DNA of 63,035 nt, filler included, from Intoshia linei (GCA_001642005.1; 8 parts of 8 records of this genome joined end to end with filler, not necessarily neighbours in it), one strand, 5' to 3'; positions 11,801-25,210 are shown, numbered from the whole stretch's first letter. Program-made: numbers and translations. Notes: generated from the letters alone by a model not told the origin.

Positions 11801-14800
11801 CTAACAAATATGCATTCTGATAGACATTAAAATCATGAACATTATCATAAATTTCTATTTCAACAAGGTATATCGTCACGGTCAAAACCACAAATGACCC
11901 TTTATTTAAAAAAAGTAAACAGTTCTATCATTTAAATAAAAATTAAAGTTCATATACAATCTAGTAGTTATCTCCAAAAATAAACGCACACAAAAAAATT
12001 TTAATCTCAGAATGTAATGTCTTCAGAAGAGTCTTCACGGTAAAAAAAGGAGTTTTATAAAAAAGGATTAAATTAAATTAACAGTTAACAATTAAAAAAA
12101 TGTATATTAAAGTTATACAAGAGTTATACATCCACGATGCAATTCCAACTAGTCCCTCGAAATATTAATGGTCTTAACCGGTGTATACATGTACTCAATT
12201 AAATTAAATTATTAACTAATGCAAGTATTAATTTACCTCCATAAATATCATCATTGCTAAGAATGTGACTGTTTGTAGGTAACTAAATTTAATATATTAG
12301 AATTTTTATTCAACAATGATGGCTAAGACACAAAAAAGATAATAATTTTAATATAATTTTTGATACATGTATGTCAATTGATATAATATTGCATACAGGA
12401 TGGAACCAATGCATTTGTACATTGGAATAATTATATAAGAGTATATAAACATTTCAATGATATGCATAGAATTTTGAAAGTCATGATGTCACCATTTAAC
12501 AAAAATCATAGAGACCACGAAGAGTGTTTCTTGAGTACGATTAATCTTTTATCTTGGCTATCTCATCGATATTTACTATTTTCTAGATTTCATTTTTAAT
12601 TTAATTTAAAAATTCGTTTGATAAAAGGTATTTTTGACTCGGAAGATGCAAATATCTCATCTTGAAATATATTTTCTCAATGATTAATTACTTGGAATTT
12701 AATTATTTAATATTTTTTTACTGATAATTTTCAACTATCTTTTACTTATATAAAATTTAATGTCTGTACACTGCGTTCCAATATGGTTGCGTTATTAGGT
12801 AAGTCACGTTTTGCCAAACACTATGGTTTACTGTTTACATTGATAATTTTTTTTCCTAAGTAATTAAATTTATATTTTTTACGAGATTGAAGTTTTTTAA
12901 ATTTTGTGTATTGTCAAAGAAAAAGTAATTAATTAACTTTTTTAATTAATTCATGTTCTAAATTATTATGTAAATAAATAATGGGGCAAAAAAAACCTTA
13001 CAAAGGACAAAAAAACCAAAATTACCAAACATTTGAGCAAAGGTAATAGTCTTCACAAAATTGCGTCAAAAATCGAGTGAAATGTAAGAACGATAAAGAA
13101 ATACACTCTGAATTCTGAACGAAAAAGGGCGCGAAAACCTAAAAGCGGTATCAAAGGACTGACTACACGAGGATACGGAAGATTGTTATTGGAACTTGCA
13201 AAGAAACCATTATCATAATCAAAAGAACTTTTTCGTCAGCCGGTTTGCCTACAATCCCTCAAAAATCAAAATGCCGTGCACTAAATAGAATCACAAAATC
13301 CGTTAAAGCCAAAACAAGACCACTTCTTAGCAACCAACATATACATAGAAGAGTCGAATGGGCTCGTAAATATGTGAAGACCGATTTTTCGAAAGTTATA
13401 TTCACAGATGAGTGCAGAGCGACTTTAGATGGACCGGATGGGTAGGCAAGATGTTGGGTTTGTAAGGAATCGAGACCGGTATACCGCTTTCGGAGGCAAG
13501 CAAGGCGGTGGAGGTATCATGTTTTGGGCGGCAATTGTAGGTGATAAGCTTGTTGGACCATTTAGACACACTGCAGGGGCTAGAGTCGATAGGTTCACAT
13601 ATATCCAGTTTTTAAAGGACCATTTCTTTCTATGGTATTCTCGACAGACACAAAACTTCAAAAGGGGTCTAGTTTTTATGCAAGACAATGCACCATGTCA
13701 CTCAGCTAATGATACCAAATCTTTTCTAGCATCAAAGCATTTCAAAAACTAAAAATTAATGGTTTGGTCGGCTATGTCCCCTGATCTCAACTGCATTAAA
13801 AATATGTGGTCAATCATAAAAAGAGTAGTATATTCAAACAACACTCAGTATTCCAGCGCAAATGACCTGTGGTGTGCAATTGTAGATGCTGCAAAGTCCA
13901 TTACCTCAATACAAATAAAAATGTTGACCGGGTCGATGGACAATAGACTTCTGAAGATCGTAGCAAACCAAAGTTACTACATCAATTACTAATTAATATA
14001 TTTCTTTTTTTATAGTGTGGTTTATTTCATTAATTTGATTTAATTTAATTATTTAACATTAAATGTTATTTTGTGATACATATTTATGTTTTGTAAAAAC
14101 AATTAATAAGTTAAAGTGATTAATTGTATAACTTACCTAATAATTTGGAACGGTCAAAAACCATCATATTTTAAAAACTCGTCAAATAATTTTACTATTT
14201 TTTTGAAATTTTAAAGATGTTCTTTCACAAGGTCTACGAATTAACGTAAAAAAAATTGTTAAATTTTGTTTTTTTACATGCAGTTCTGGTTCATTTATGT
14301 TGGTTTATAATGATCCTTGAATTCCTCGTAATCAACCCCAAAAACCATACATAAAGCTCAAAACGGATTTCGTAAAAACCACAATAAATGAGCTAGAACT
14401 TAATTTAAAACGCAAAATGTATACAAGACATTGTAAACATATTAAAGACATGTGACTCACACAACGTGATTTTAACACAACAAATTATTTTACTTTAAAA
14501 ATAAAGATATTCAATGTTGAAAATATTTAGTGGTGAGAGGTTTCATGAATTCACATTAGCAAAAAAATATCTAAATTTTATATTTGTTTGGAGCAAAGTC
14601 TAGACTAGTCAGTGTGGTAATTATTTTTCGCTCAAAAGTTTTGAGTCTAAACAGTTCCAATATTTAATTATTGAATAGTTTCTACTTACAAAAATATGTT
14701 ACATGCAAATCTATGCACCTAGATTAATTACATTATAATTAATACACCATATAAAATACAAATCATAACATTTTTCAATGGTATATTCTGATTCTACATT

Positions 14801-15475
14801 GGAATCACGTTAAATGGATATACAGTATATAAATTGTATAATTTATATATCTATATTATACATGTTACATGTCTATATTATAAAGATTGAATAATTTATC
14901 AAATTTTTTAACCAACTTGCCAAAATATGCAATATATCGTAAATTTATATGTAACAATATATAAAGTTTAGATTCTATACCCAAATATAATATAATCAGG
15001 GCTGTGTGGAATTGCTGGTATCACCCCTGGATATAAGTCAATAAATAATCAAAGTCAAATTGTTATTTGTACAGTAAACAAAAAATGACAACGTGGAACA
15101 AAAAATATCGATAAACAAATATTACAATATGGGTTATTGCACTGAGAGCAGCCAATCCTGAAGAAAATATAAGACCTAAAAACATGTTACACAATTCTAT
15201 TTTTTAAACCATATTTTCCATTTTCTAATGCGGCAATGCATTCTTCAGTAGCATTGCGCGTGGGATTACCACCTCTAGAATATTCGAACCCATCCTAAAA
15301 TACATGAAAATAGGTTCACATTATATACGGGATATAATTTTCCAGGTTCAATTTGAGCATACGTTGTAGATGTAAATATTGGTGGAATGACAGCCCTAGA
15401 ACTCCATTTAGCCGGATCCTGGCCAGCATGAATCGCCTTAGTTGCAAATCCTCTTGAATTTTCTTCGCCTTTCAT
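8847..15475 (-). CDS. CTH: Cystathionine gamma-lyase (Cys/Met metabolism PLP enzyme), 9 exons seen; final exons probably in the 8668 gap
   Basis: GFATKAIHAGQDP..AVIPPIFTSTTYAQ | FEYSRGGNPTR | FSSGLAA | DDIYGG (exon ~12283-12237) | IESPTNP..VDSTFATP | PLDLGADIVYHSGSKFLNGHTD (PLP Lys) | SPFDCYLMNRGLKTLKLRM..VNYPGL. Confidence 0.95.
9812..10673 (+). mobile_element. Decayed, internally deleted IS630/Tc1-like element in a CTH intron
   Basis: Imperfect ~85-bp TIRs (9812-9895 vs ~10570-10673). Frameshifted transposase remnants IDETNFNL-like, VVVVIGND, PYNPMLNPIESVWS. Confidence 0.8.
12769..14153 (+). mobile_element. Tc1-family transposon with pseudogenised transposase (12981-13992), DD37E/TRT-like, in a CTH intron
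   Basis: MGQKK start; VIFTDECRATLDGPDG; QGGGGIMFWAAI; FMQDNAPCH followed by 37 codons to the Glu position (SPDLNCI[K]N). Contains stops and frameshifts. GTTC(C/T)AAATTATTA(G/T)GTAA-type terminal repeats at 12775, 12955 and inverted at 14132-14152. Confidence 0.9.
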
Positions 15476-15697
15476 TTTTATGTAAATTCAATGTGTTGAT
15501 TAATAAATATTTGCAGATTAAAAATTGTCATGGATTTATGACACAAATTGTATATATCAAACTAATATTAAAAATGATTAATTGTTAGTATATTATAATA
15601 TGTATTTTATTGTGCTCCAACTTCGATTATAATGATTTAAATCTTAATTTTTAAATTGGAAATTATAATTTTATTAATAGATTTGAAAATTACAAAG

Positions 15698-18600
15698 TTA
15701 GCTGAAATTAATTAAAGGCATTGTAATATAAATGTTCCAATATGTCAAGTTGAATATTATAAATAGTATTGGAAACAATACTCGACATATTTTGTCAATT
15801 ATTACAGACTTTCTTATCTTGTTTCTAAAATAGTAGGTTATGCTATCAATGTCGTCAATAGTGTCGACAGAAAGTCGTTTCATGTATTCCTTTTTCAATT
15901 TTTTGAGTATATTAACTTTGGTGGGTGCCGACTTTTGAGATATACCTGACATAGAAATTTTACTGAAATTCGTATCTACATTTGATGATATGCACTCAAT
16001 GTCTCTTGTTTTTACTGTTCTTTTCTGAAGGTGTTCTCCACTTACAACTCCATAGTGAGACCTTCTTCTCTGGTTTAGATTTTCGTTTTCTGAGCAATAG
16101 CCATTGTTTACAAAAGATTTAGCAGATACATTTTTTCTTCTCTAAATAGTGGTTTATAAATATAAACATTATTTTAACCCTTTTTTCCAGCTTTTTGTAC
16201 ACTTTGGCCTTTTCATCTTCTCGTCGAGCTATAGTGTTTACTATGGCAAATTCTACTACTGCAGCAAACAAAAAAAACATGCAAGAGGTTAACCAGACGT
16301 CTATTGCCTTTACGTAACTTACTTTTGGCATAACTGAACTTGAAGCACCAGCCATTTGAGTTGTTACTAGAGTTTTAATATAAATTTATAAATACTTTTT
16401 ATTGTATCAAGCCTAAAACTACAGATAAATACATAAAATTCAAAAATTATCAATTAAGTTTTATCTATTGAATGCTCACTTTGACATTAATTATCAAGTG
16501 TGTAATTTTTTAATATATTTAATATTTCGTTTTTTTTAATAACGTCAACACTCTAAAAAGTAGTAATTTTAGGATGACATATTTTAAATGTTAATAGGTA
16601 TCTGAGAAACTAGGGTATCTAGTAGATATTGTTTACTCAATATCTTGTGTTTTAATATAATGTCATAATAATACAATGTAGTGCAGAAAAACAAATATGT
16701 AAAAGTTTAAAGTGGGCAACTTAGCAAAAACGTCGCTGTTTGAGGGTACATTTTATGTATCTTGAAATAAATTACTGGCTAAAGAGGTTAACAGACCCAA
16801 AGATATTCTTCCTGGAACAGCTTGAGGGTCTAGCCAAAATGATATCCATGATAAGATAACCACCAGAATACTCGGAACGTACACTTGAATAAGATAATAA
16901 TAAAATTGTCTTTTAAAATTTAAAGTGGCACCAATACAACTGTAGCTTCCTAAAAATATGTTATCTTTAATGTTCCATCAAATTAATGTAAAAATTTAAT
17001 AATAATAATAATTTAATTAAAATTAATAAGGAATTGAGACAGTTTAAAGGATTTTGTAAATACAGTCAGACTCGTCAATAATTAATTTTTTTAACAGTCA
17101 ATTATTTTTTGTACAATTGTGGCTACAGCATTGTAAAGATTATAATCTTACTTCCATATTTATGGAAGTTCATTATTTTTATCAAATTGTCCCAATCCGT
17201 ACTTACATAATATACTTTGTTGTCTGTGTGTGTGTGTTATCGTTTATTTTAATAACTACAGTCTTAGAATTTTATAAAGTCCACATTTAAATTACAGTTT
17301 TTTCCAGGTGTTAGCAAAATACGTTTTATCTTCCCAAACTCACATCTTACGAGTCAAAAAGCCCAATTGTACTTTTTTTTGAATCTTAAACGAGTTCGAG
17401 AATTTAAAAAAATATACATTTTGCTACTGATTTTAAAATCATAAATTTAAATATAAAAAATTAAATCTTCAGGGCCAAAACTTCAAATTACCCTTTTTTT
17501 ATGAAAACAGCACTAGAATATCAAAAAAATTACAGGTGGTACAGTTGTATCCTGTTAACACACACCAAATTTCAATCTGAATAAGTGCCGCCTTCACGGT
17601 CAAAAAAGCACTTTAGTATTCATATATTTTTTTATTCGAAATATTTTATTAAAAGAAAAAATGGGAAATAATTAACTGTCCGAAAATTAAAAAAAAAAAT
17701 TATTGTAATAGAGCTTATTCCAGTTGATATAAATGCAAAATTTCAATCCCAGAAATCTACGCATTCCAGGTGAAAAATAATTCTTAATATATTATCAACC
17801 AAAATTTTTAAAATATTTCGATTGAACCTAATACTCCCAAACACATTTTTCCAATTTTTTGGCTTCGATTTTTACAAAAATTTGGGAAGTTAATACATAC
17901 TTCCCTATTTTTCACCATATGAAACTTTTGGTAATTACCAATTGTAGTTATGGAGTTATTTCACATTCCATATGTTCACATTGGGGGAATAAGGCAAATA
18001 AAAGTGTGTATATATAAAACCGCATCGTCAATATACCTTATTATTCCATCAAATTGTAGCCAATACATGAATTCATCATATGATATTTATTAAATTCAGT
18101 TATCACAACTTTAACAAAAAAAATATAAAAAATTTTTTCAGTTAATTTTTTTTGCTTTGAAAAATCATTTTGGCCCACTGTCAGTGACACAGGAGGCTAA
18201 TCGGTGAAAACCCATAACTAATATACTCGAATGTTATATAATATACTAATTAATTTAATTTTTCATATTTAATTAAATTTGTTTCAAATAGATACGTGTT
18301 TTTACAATTGTAATGTTTTGTGACCATATGGTCACACAGATAGTATTAGAGTTAACATTAAAAAATTAAAATTGAATCAAATTTTTTCAAATTTCTTAAA
18401 TTTCTTGAAATCAAATTTGTTTAAGGGAAAATTTTTTCACCCAATTTTAAAAGATTTTAAATATACCTTTTGGTTCAAAATTACATGGGGTTTTTAAGGG
18501 AAGTTTTTTAACATTTTAATTGTCTTCAAAATCTCTAAAAATTGGGTGAAACCCAATATAAATTGCTGCCGCCTCATCCCCCCCATGCACCTACATGGAT

Positions 18601-20928
18601 CCGCTACTGAGTAGCACAGTTATACCTGAGACTTAGGTTAAATTAATTCTAAACTTTAAAGTTTTTAAGAATTAGAAATTGCGTAGCAATGATAAAAAAA
18701 CACAGGGAATCAATTTATGAGATGTAATGCCATATTTTTGTATTTTAAATATATCTACGGTCAATTAACACTTTTTTTGACATTGTAGGATGTATATTAC
18801 ATTTTTACATAAATATTGGTTCATAATATATTAGTTATTTTTAACCGGGAATCCGTGTATTTCTGAAGTTGAAATTTTATATTTAGATGAACTGGAATAA
18901 GCTGTATCAGAATAATCTTTTTTTCAAATTCTGGGACTGTTAGTTATTTAACATTTTTTGTTATGATAAACGTTATCAAATAAAAAGTTAAATACCAAAG
19001 TACTTTTTTGACGGTGAATGCGTCACTTTGTGAGATTGAAAATTTTTGTGTGTGTCAACGGGACATAACTGTATAATATATAGTTTTGTTTAAAATTTTA
19101 GGACTTTGAATTTTATAAAAAAAGTGTAATCCGGGGATTTGATGGTGAAAATGCACTTTTTTAAACTAGCTATTTATGATAATTCTTATAATTTTAAAAA
19201 CTATTCCGGAATTTATGTTTTATAAAAATTACGACTAATTTCATTTTAAAAAAAGGGTCATATGGAGTTTTGAATGAAGTTGTAAGTTTCTAAGGCTGAG
19301 ATTTACAACAATGTTGATGGTTTTAAGACGCGTTTGGGATGTATATTCTTTTAGACTCTAGGGTAGAGTTTATTTTTCAAAAAAATGGGGAAGTGGATTT
19401 TTGACTCTAAAGGACTCAATTTGTGAAAATGAAACTTACACTAAGACATCACTCCCGAAAGATTGTATTAGAAATTGGGGTTTTTTAAATAATTGGAGTG
19501 TCATTTTTTAAATAAATAGTAACACAAACGTTAAATTATATATAAGTAAATGATTTTGCAAGCAATTTTGCAAGTTGCAAATTAATAGTAATTTAAAAAA
19601 AATTTTGTGTATGGTGAAAAAATGAAAAAATCATTCATAAAAGGACTGAAATCTTGCTTTATTTTAATATACATATCAATAAATTTAAATTTATAATTAT
19701 ATGAAAATGTATCAGGTACCTGTTTCGTATGCTGTTGTACAATTGTAAAAAGTGTGATTAACAAGTACAAACACATCGCTGGATAATTTTGCTTCTTCTA
19801 ATCCATGCAAAGACCCTCCATCATGCCATTCGTATTGTAATTCTCTTGTATTGTATTTATCTATATTAAATAATATTACTAAAAATAAAATTCTGTGTTT
19901 GGATGTATTTTGTATCTTAACAATTTATTTAAAAATTATCTCAAGAGTGCTATAATTTTGAAAAAATGATTCTTAAACCCTATTTTCTTTTTTTCCGATG
20001 ACTATGGGTGACACCAGTTATACTAATACCAGGTGGTTGTAAAAATAAAAAACATTATTACATATTTACAGTAATTATTTCAATGTACATTAAGGCAAAC
20101 ATTTTTAATGAGTCCTGCACAAACTAACCTACGAAGCTAGCTAAATACTGCACCGTCAAAATATTACAAATAATAAAATCATACACGCCATTATTCTAAA
20201 TTTACACTCCTGCTTATCCATTGGATAATAACCAAGTTCTAAATGGCACCACAAGGTTAATGTTAGTCTTTGGCTGAAATAAATTTTTCCATCATTATAA
20301 ATACGAATCATTGCATTTGGTTGAGTAATTTTATGAAAATATTCCATTTTCGAATTATCAAAAAAAGCATCAGGTAACCATAAAGCATCATGACTGTCAT
20401 GTGTAACAGCCAAGCTAGATAATGAGCTATTATCCAATATCCCTGCCAAACGTTTATCAATCCATATTTGACGAAAAAATACATTTAAAGTATAATCCTA
20501 AATAATATGGAATTAAATAATGTTTTGACTAAAAAATATTTAATTAATTAATCAATTACAAAATCTCGTTCATTGATATCACCCAAAGAATTGATGAATG
20601 TAGAAATTTTTACAATTAAAACTTCGCCTAAATAAAATGTCAACAAAAACGTTACTACTAATGAGAGTACACGACCTACAAACAATCAAAATAACCTTTT
20701 GGAGAAGGTGGTATATATTTATTATATTCAATTTTTTTAATCCAATTTCTAAACAAATCCGTATTTCCCCATTTCCTAAATGAATAATTTCAATTTTTTA
20801 AAAAATTAAAATAATTACGAGTCCAAGACGACATGCTTTTTTTTATCAATTTTATTTGTATTAATTACATCAACACTGAAAATGCATTTGATTAAAAAAT
20901 AGACAAAAAATGTAAAATATTGTTTCAT
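15698..20928 (-). CDS. Cys-loop ligand-gated anion channel subunit (glycine-receptor/GluCl-like), 8 exons, complete
   Basis: Signal-like MKQYFTFFVYFLIKCIFS; FINSLGDI; DYTLNVFFRQIW; LWLPDAFF; Cys loop CHLELGYYPMDKQEC; loop C CTTAYETGSYSC; M1 VYVPSILVVILSWISFWL; M2 AVPGRISLGLLTSLAITTQ; M3 PKVSYVKAIDVW; M4 IDKICRVLFPILFIIFNLTYW. All junctions GT-AG and in phase. Confidence 0.95.
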
Positions 20929-21710
20929 ATGATTTAAAAATTATTTGATTATTTCATTTAATTGTTATCATCCGCTTTATATATTAATTTATAAATATTA
21001 ATTCATTCAATCTAATTTACTTATATAAATTATTGAAATTTTAAAATTATAGATTACAAATTTTTGTGTTAGTTTATTCTACCTAATATATATTTTTAAA
21101 ATGGGTCAATCTTTATTAGTTTTTCCAAGTTCATATTTATAATGATCATTTTATTGATTAATAACTCCGTTTTGGCTTTATTATAATGAAATATACTTTT
21201 AAATAGTTTTAATTACTTCATTATTTCATCACATAACAGATATATAGAACGTTCTATTATTAATTATGCTAAACCAATATGCACATCACACAAAATCAAT
21301 TTAATTCAAGTATATCCATGTAAGGTTATATTTTTATATCAAATCATTTTATATAAGTAATACACATGTATAAACATGTCAGTAAATTTTAAATGAAATG
21401 TTTTCTTTGCAATTATTAATTATACAAACTTTTTAGTGAGTCCAAGTCGATTTTAGTTTAACGACTTCAGGTATTGAATTTGCATTCCATTTCTATTGAT
21501 TGTAAACTACATTGGTTATTATAAAATTTCAATCAATAACCGAAATAATAAGTTTCATGAATGTAATTAAATTAATTCATTAATGCAAGTTGCATAATGG
21601 TAATATTCATTAATTGTAGGTTATTTTTTTGGTTAGAATTAAATAGAATTGGTTGAATCAAAATAAAATAATGTTTGAATTATAATTATACAATTTATAT
21701 ATTGCTACTA

Positions 21711-22641
21711 CAGTCAAACCTCAATTTAACGAATACTTTATTTAACGAACAAAGAAAATATTAATAATATATGGGTATACTGGTAGTATATAAAATTAAA
21801 TTTATTAACGAACGAATCAAAAAGAAAATAGAAAAATTCATACATTAGAAAAAAAAAGAGGTTATACATTTTTCTGAAATGAATAGTGCAAAATATACTC
21901 AAAGAGAACTTTCAATTAAATTTGGCATGCCGCTTGGTGTGATCAATAAAATTTTAAAGAATAAAGACTTTAAAACAAACGAAAATGTATGGGATTGAGT
22001 GTAAACGCATGTTTGTTAATTTTGCAACCGCTGAAATTGACAAAATAATATATGAGTGTTTTTTTCGAAAGAAATCGAAAAATTTTATTATTTCAAGAAA
22101 TATGATTCAAACAATGGCTCTTAAAATCGGGAAACGGCTAAAAAACCTTAAAATGGTTGGTTTGCGATGAGACAGGCCTGTTTTTCAAAAATTCTAAATC
22201 TAGAACATACGTTTTATCAAATATAATAAATCTTATGGAAAATAATGGAAAAGTCACAGATAAATTCCCTGCGTATGATGAAAACGACTATAGGGACGAT
22301 GAATTCATCGATTATTCAATACTGCCCATAGAAGAAGACACCAATCATAAACACAGCATTGATTATTCTACCTATAGTGAAATCGACATAGAAGATGACA
22401 TTATATCTAGAATTGAGGCTCTAGAATGTATTGATAAACTTGAAAAATCCTTTATTTGTAATAACTTGAATGGCTTAATAGCATTACAAGCGGTGAAAGA
22501 AACTATATTAAAAAAATAGACCCAAAACAATATGTGATTTTTATAAAAAAATTAAAAATAAATTTGTTTGCTCGTTAACTTTTTTTTAACGAATAAGAAA
22601 TTTTCATGTAAGTTGCTGTTCGTTAAATTGAGGTTTGACTG
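21711..22641 (+). mobile_element. pogo/Tigger DNA transposon, internally deleted
   Basis: 23-bp TIR CAGTCAAACCTCAATTTAACGAA / TTCGTTAAATTGAGGTTTGACTG with TA on both sides. CENP-B-like HTH remnant (YTQRELSIKFGMPLGVINKILKNK) and CDETGLFFK. Confidence 0.93.
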
Positions 22642-23682
22642 TATTAATATTTAAACTTCAAAAAATGACCTGTTTAAAAATAATTGACTTTATAAATTGT
22701 TAATTAGCTAATTAATAAACATAATATTGATATCATGATGCTTGTAATTTCGTGCTGATTATCATATAAAAAATTGTATTTTGCCATAAAAAACTGCCCT
22801 ACGGATAAGTGTTTTAAGTAAAACTAGATAATGAATGATAAAACATACCAAATTTTAGATAAAATTGCATATCGACGTTAGGACGATGATCCGACTTAAA
22901 ATGTGACTGTAGTCAAAATTTTGTAATATACGTCAACAGATAAAATTTTATAATTTCTTAGTTGGTAATAAGACAGTCAAAAATAAGTTAGTATTGTATT
23001 GGATTCAAATTAAAGATATGACGTATTCCTCCTAAATAATTATTTAGAAACTACTTATAAGTATTGCTTCGGCTCATTCTTCTACTAAAATTCATTTTAT
23101 TCATTCTAAACGATTTTAAATTTTTAATGTACAAAAATGACAAAATTTTAATCTTCGTTTTCAGAAACATTCAACAATTCTGGGTTAAAAATTATAATTT
23201 TATTTACCAATCTGTCAATATAGTCTTTCTTTTTATCATTATAATTTTCTAAGTCTTTGATGTGACAATTTAATGTTGTAATTTCATGTTCATGTGATTT
23301 TATCATAAGTAAAAGTTGCTAAAAAGGTATATAATATTTGATGTATATTTATAACATTTGTAATCATGGAATTGTAATCGTTTCTTAAACTGTTTATGCT
23401 ACATTGTTCCGTGGTGCTTTCGATCGTTAACATTGTACATTCGGCTAAATTTTAAATTACAATAGTAAAAGTTATGTTCACGTTAAAACGGAAATTCAAT
23501 TTTTAATCTGGTAAATTCGAAAAATTATACAAAAACTGTATGTATAGGAATAAATAAATGACGGTACTGTTTCATCTAACTTAATGGTTGGTAACCCATG
23601 TCTAGACTCTGCAATTTAGATTAATCTATGACTTAAAGTTCAAAATAAAATTGAAATTAAATGTGCTTGTATGTAATATTTT

Positions 23683-24576
23683 TCATGTTTCAACAATTAC
23701 GAAAGACATAATCCAATAAAGTATACATAAAAATTTGGGAAGTAGAGTAACACTTGGTTTGGATTGTCCAATATTTGTTTCCTCATATTTTAAACCCATA
23801 ATTTTATCATATTCAACTTTGTACATGAAATTATTTTTAATTTCACATTTAGAGGTGGAAAGATGCTTGGAATTTTTAGAATCAGAGACAGGTGTAGTAT
23901 TGGCATTATTAGAGGGATTTTCAATTTTCATGTTACAATTAGTAGATTTAGATTTTAAATCGTTGCAGTATATACGTAAAACATTCTTTGATAGTCCAAT
24001 GGACTGTCCAATATTTGTTTCCTCGTTTTTTAAGACTATCATTTTATTATATTCAACTTTGTGAATGAAATTATTTTTAATTTCATATTTAGTGGTGGAA
24101 AGATGCTTGGAATCTTTAGAATCAGAGACGAGTGTAGTATTGTCATTATTAGAGGGTTTTTCAGTTTTCATGTTACAATTAGAGGATTTAGATTTTAAAT
24201 CATTGCGGCATCGAGTTACACAACCCTGTGATAGTTTCACATTAAATTCTTTATAGATTAAATCCACCAATTCTCTTAATGTAACATATACCCAGTCCAA
24301 TGAATCTAATATAAAACTTTCAATTTCATTTGTTATTTTGCGGTATCCACCTTTTCTTGGTTTGTATTTTCTTGGTCCAGGTCTCACAGCTTTTTTTTCG
24401 TGTATTCGACCTTCTCGTTTAATTAATGACAAAATGTTGTATACGCTTTGTCGAGATATGTTTAGTATTGATGCAATTGAAGATACCTTCAAACCTCGAT
24501 CCCTATGTTGCTTTATTAATTTTCTAGTTTCAATTGGTATTTTATTTCTGCGTTTAACCATAATTAAATTATACAA
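23683..24576 (-). CDS. Intronless 297-aa protein: Tc1/IS630-type bipartite HTH DNA-binding region plus two 80-aa repeats, no DDE domain
   Basis: Open 894-bp ORF. GLKVSSIASILNISRQSVYNIL, GGYRKIT linker and TLRELVDLIYKEFNVKLSQGCVTR resemble transposase HTHs. C-terminal half is a tandem duplication. Confidence 0.7.
   Translation of the reverse strand: MYNLIMVKRRNKIPIETRKLIKQHRDRGLKVSSIASILNISRQSVYNILSLIKREGRIHEKKAVRPGPRKYKPRKGGYRKITNEIESFILDSLDWVYVTLRELVDLIYKEFNVKLSQGCVTRCRNDLKSKSSNCNMKTEKPSNNDNTTLVSDSKDSKHLSTTKYEIKNNFIHKVEYNKMIVLKNEETNIGQSIGLSKNVLRIYCNDLKSKSTNCNMKIENPSNNANTTPVSDSKNSKHLSTSKCEIKNNFMYKVEYDKIMGLKYEETNIGQSKPSVTLLPKFLCILYWIMSFVIVET
23760..24205. repeat. 240-bp-period tandem duplication inside the HTH ORF
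   Basis: 23760-23965 aligns to 24000-24205 without indels (GGA(T/C)TGTCCAATATTTGTTTCCTC ... GATTTAGATTTTAAATC). Confidence 0.95.
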
Positions 24577-25210
24577 ATCAAACCATAAATAAGTATAATT
24601 GATGAAACTAAATTGATATTTTAAGTGAGCACATGTACTTTGTTTAGTTTAAATCGAACTATAACTACTGAAACTTACTAATTACAGTCTGTATTACAAT
24701 TCGAAAATATATTGACTAAAATTTGTCTAAATGTCATTAGTAATGACTAGAGTCGACATTTTATTGCACTAAAAAATTCGATGATGATGCAAATTTTATT
24801 GACTTTATACAATTGTGAGCATGTAATATTGGACGAAATTTTAAATGATAAAAAGTAGTTTTTAAGTCAGAATATTGCACTAACCCAGGGGTGGCCAACA
24901 GGTCGATCCCGAAATTTTTTGAGTCGATAGCTGGAATATAATAGTTATTTACTTTACGAGTTAAGATTTTCTATTCTTTACTTTACGCAAGACAAGTTAT
25001 ATGTTTAATTGACGAGTTCGAAGAACGAGTTGATTAATTTACACGTGTCTTTAAGTAAAGTAAAGTCAATGAGAAAATTTTTGACGAATATAGTAAATCT
25101 ATTTATATTTAGCAAATATGCATTTTAAAAAAAATCATTTATATTTGAAATAAACTAATTTTTCAAAATAACCATAATGGTTTAATGATTTTCATTATCG
25201 TCAATCGAAA

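Noticed and set aside
23735-24592. Plus-strand ORFs 23735-24064, 24065-24256, 24338-24592
   Set aside because: Antisense shadows of the minus-strand HTH ORF.
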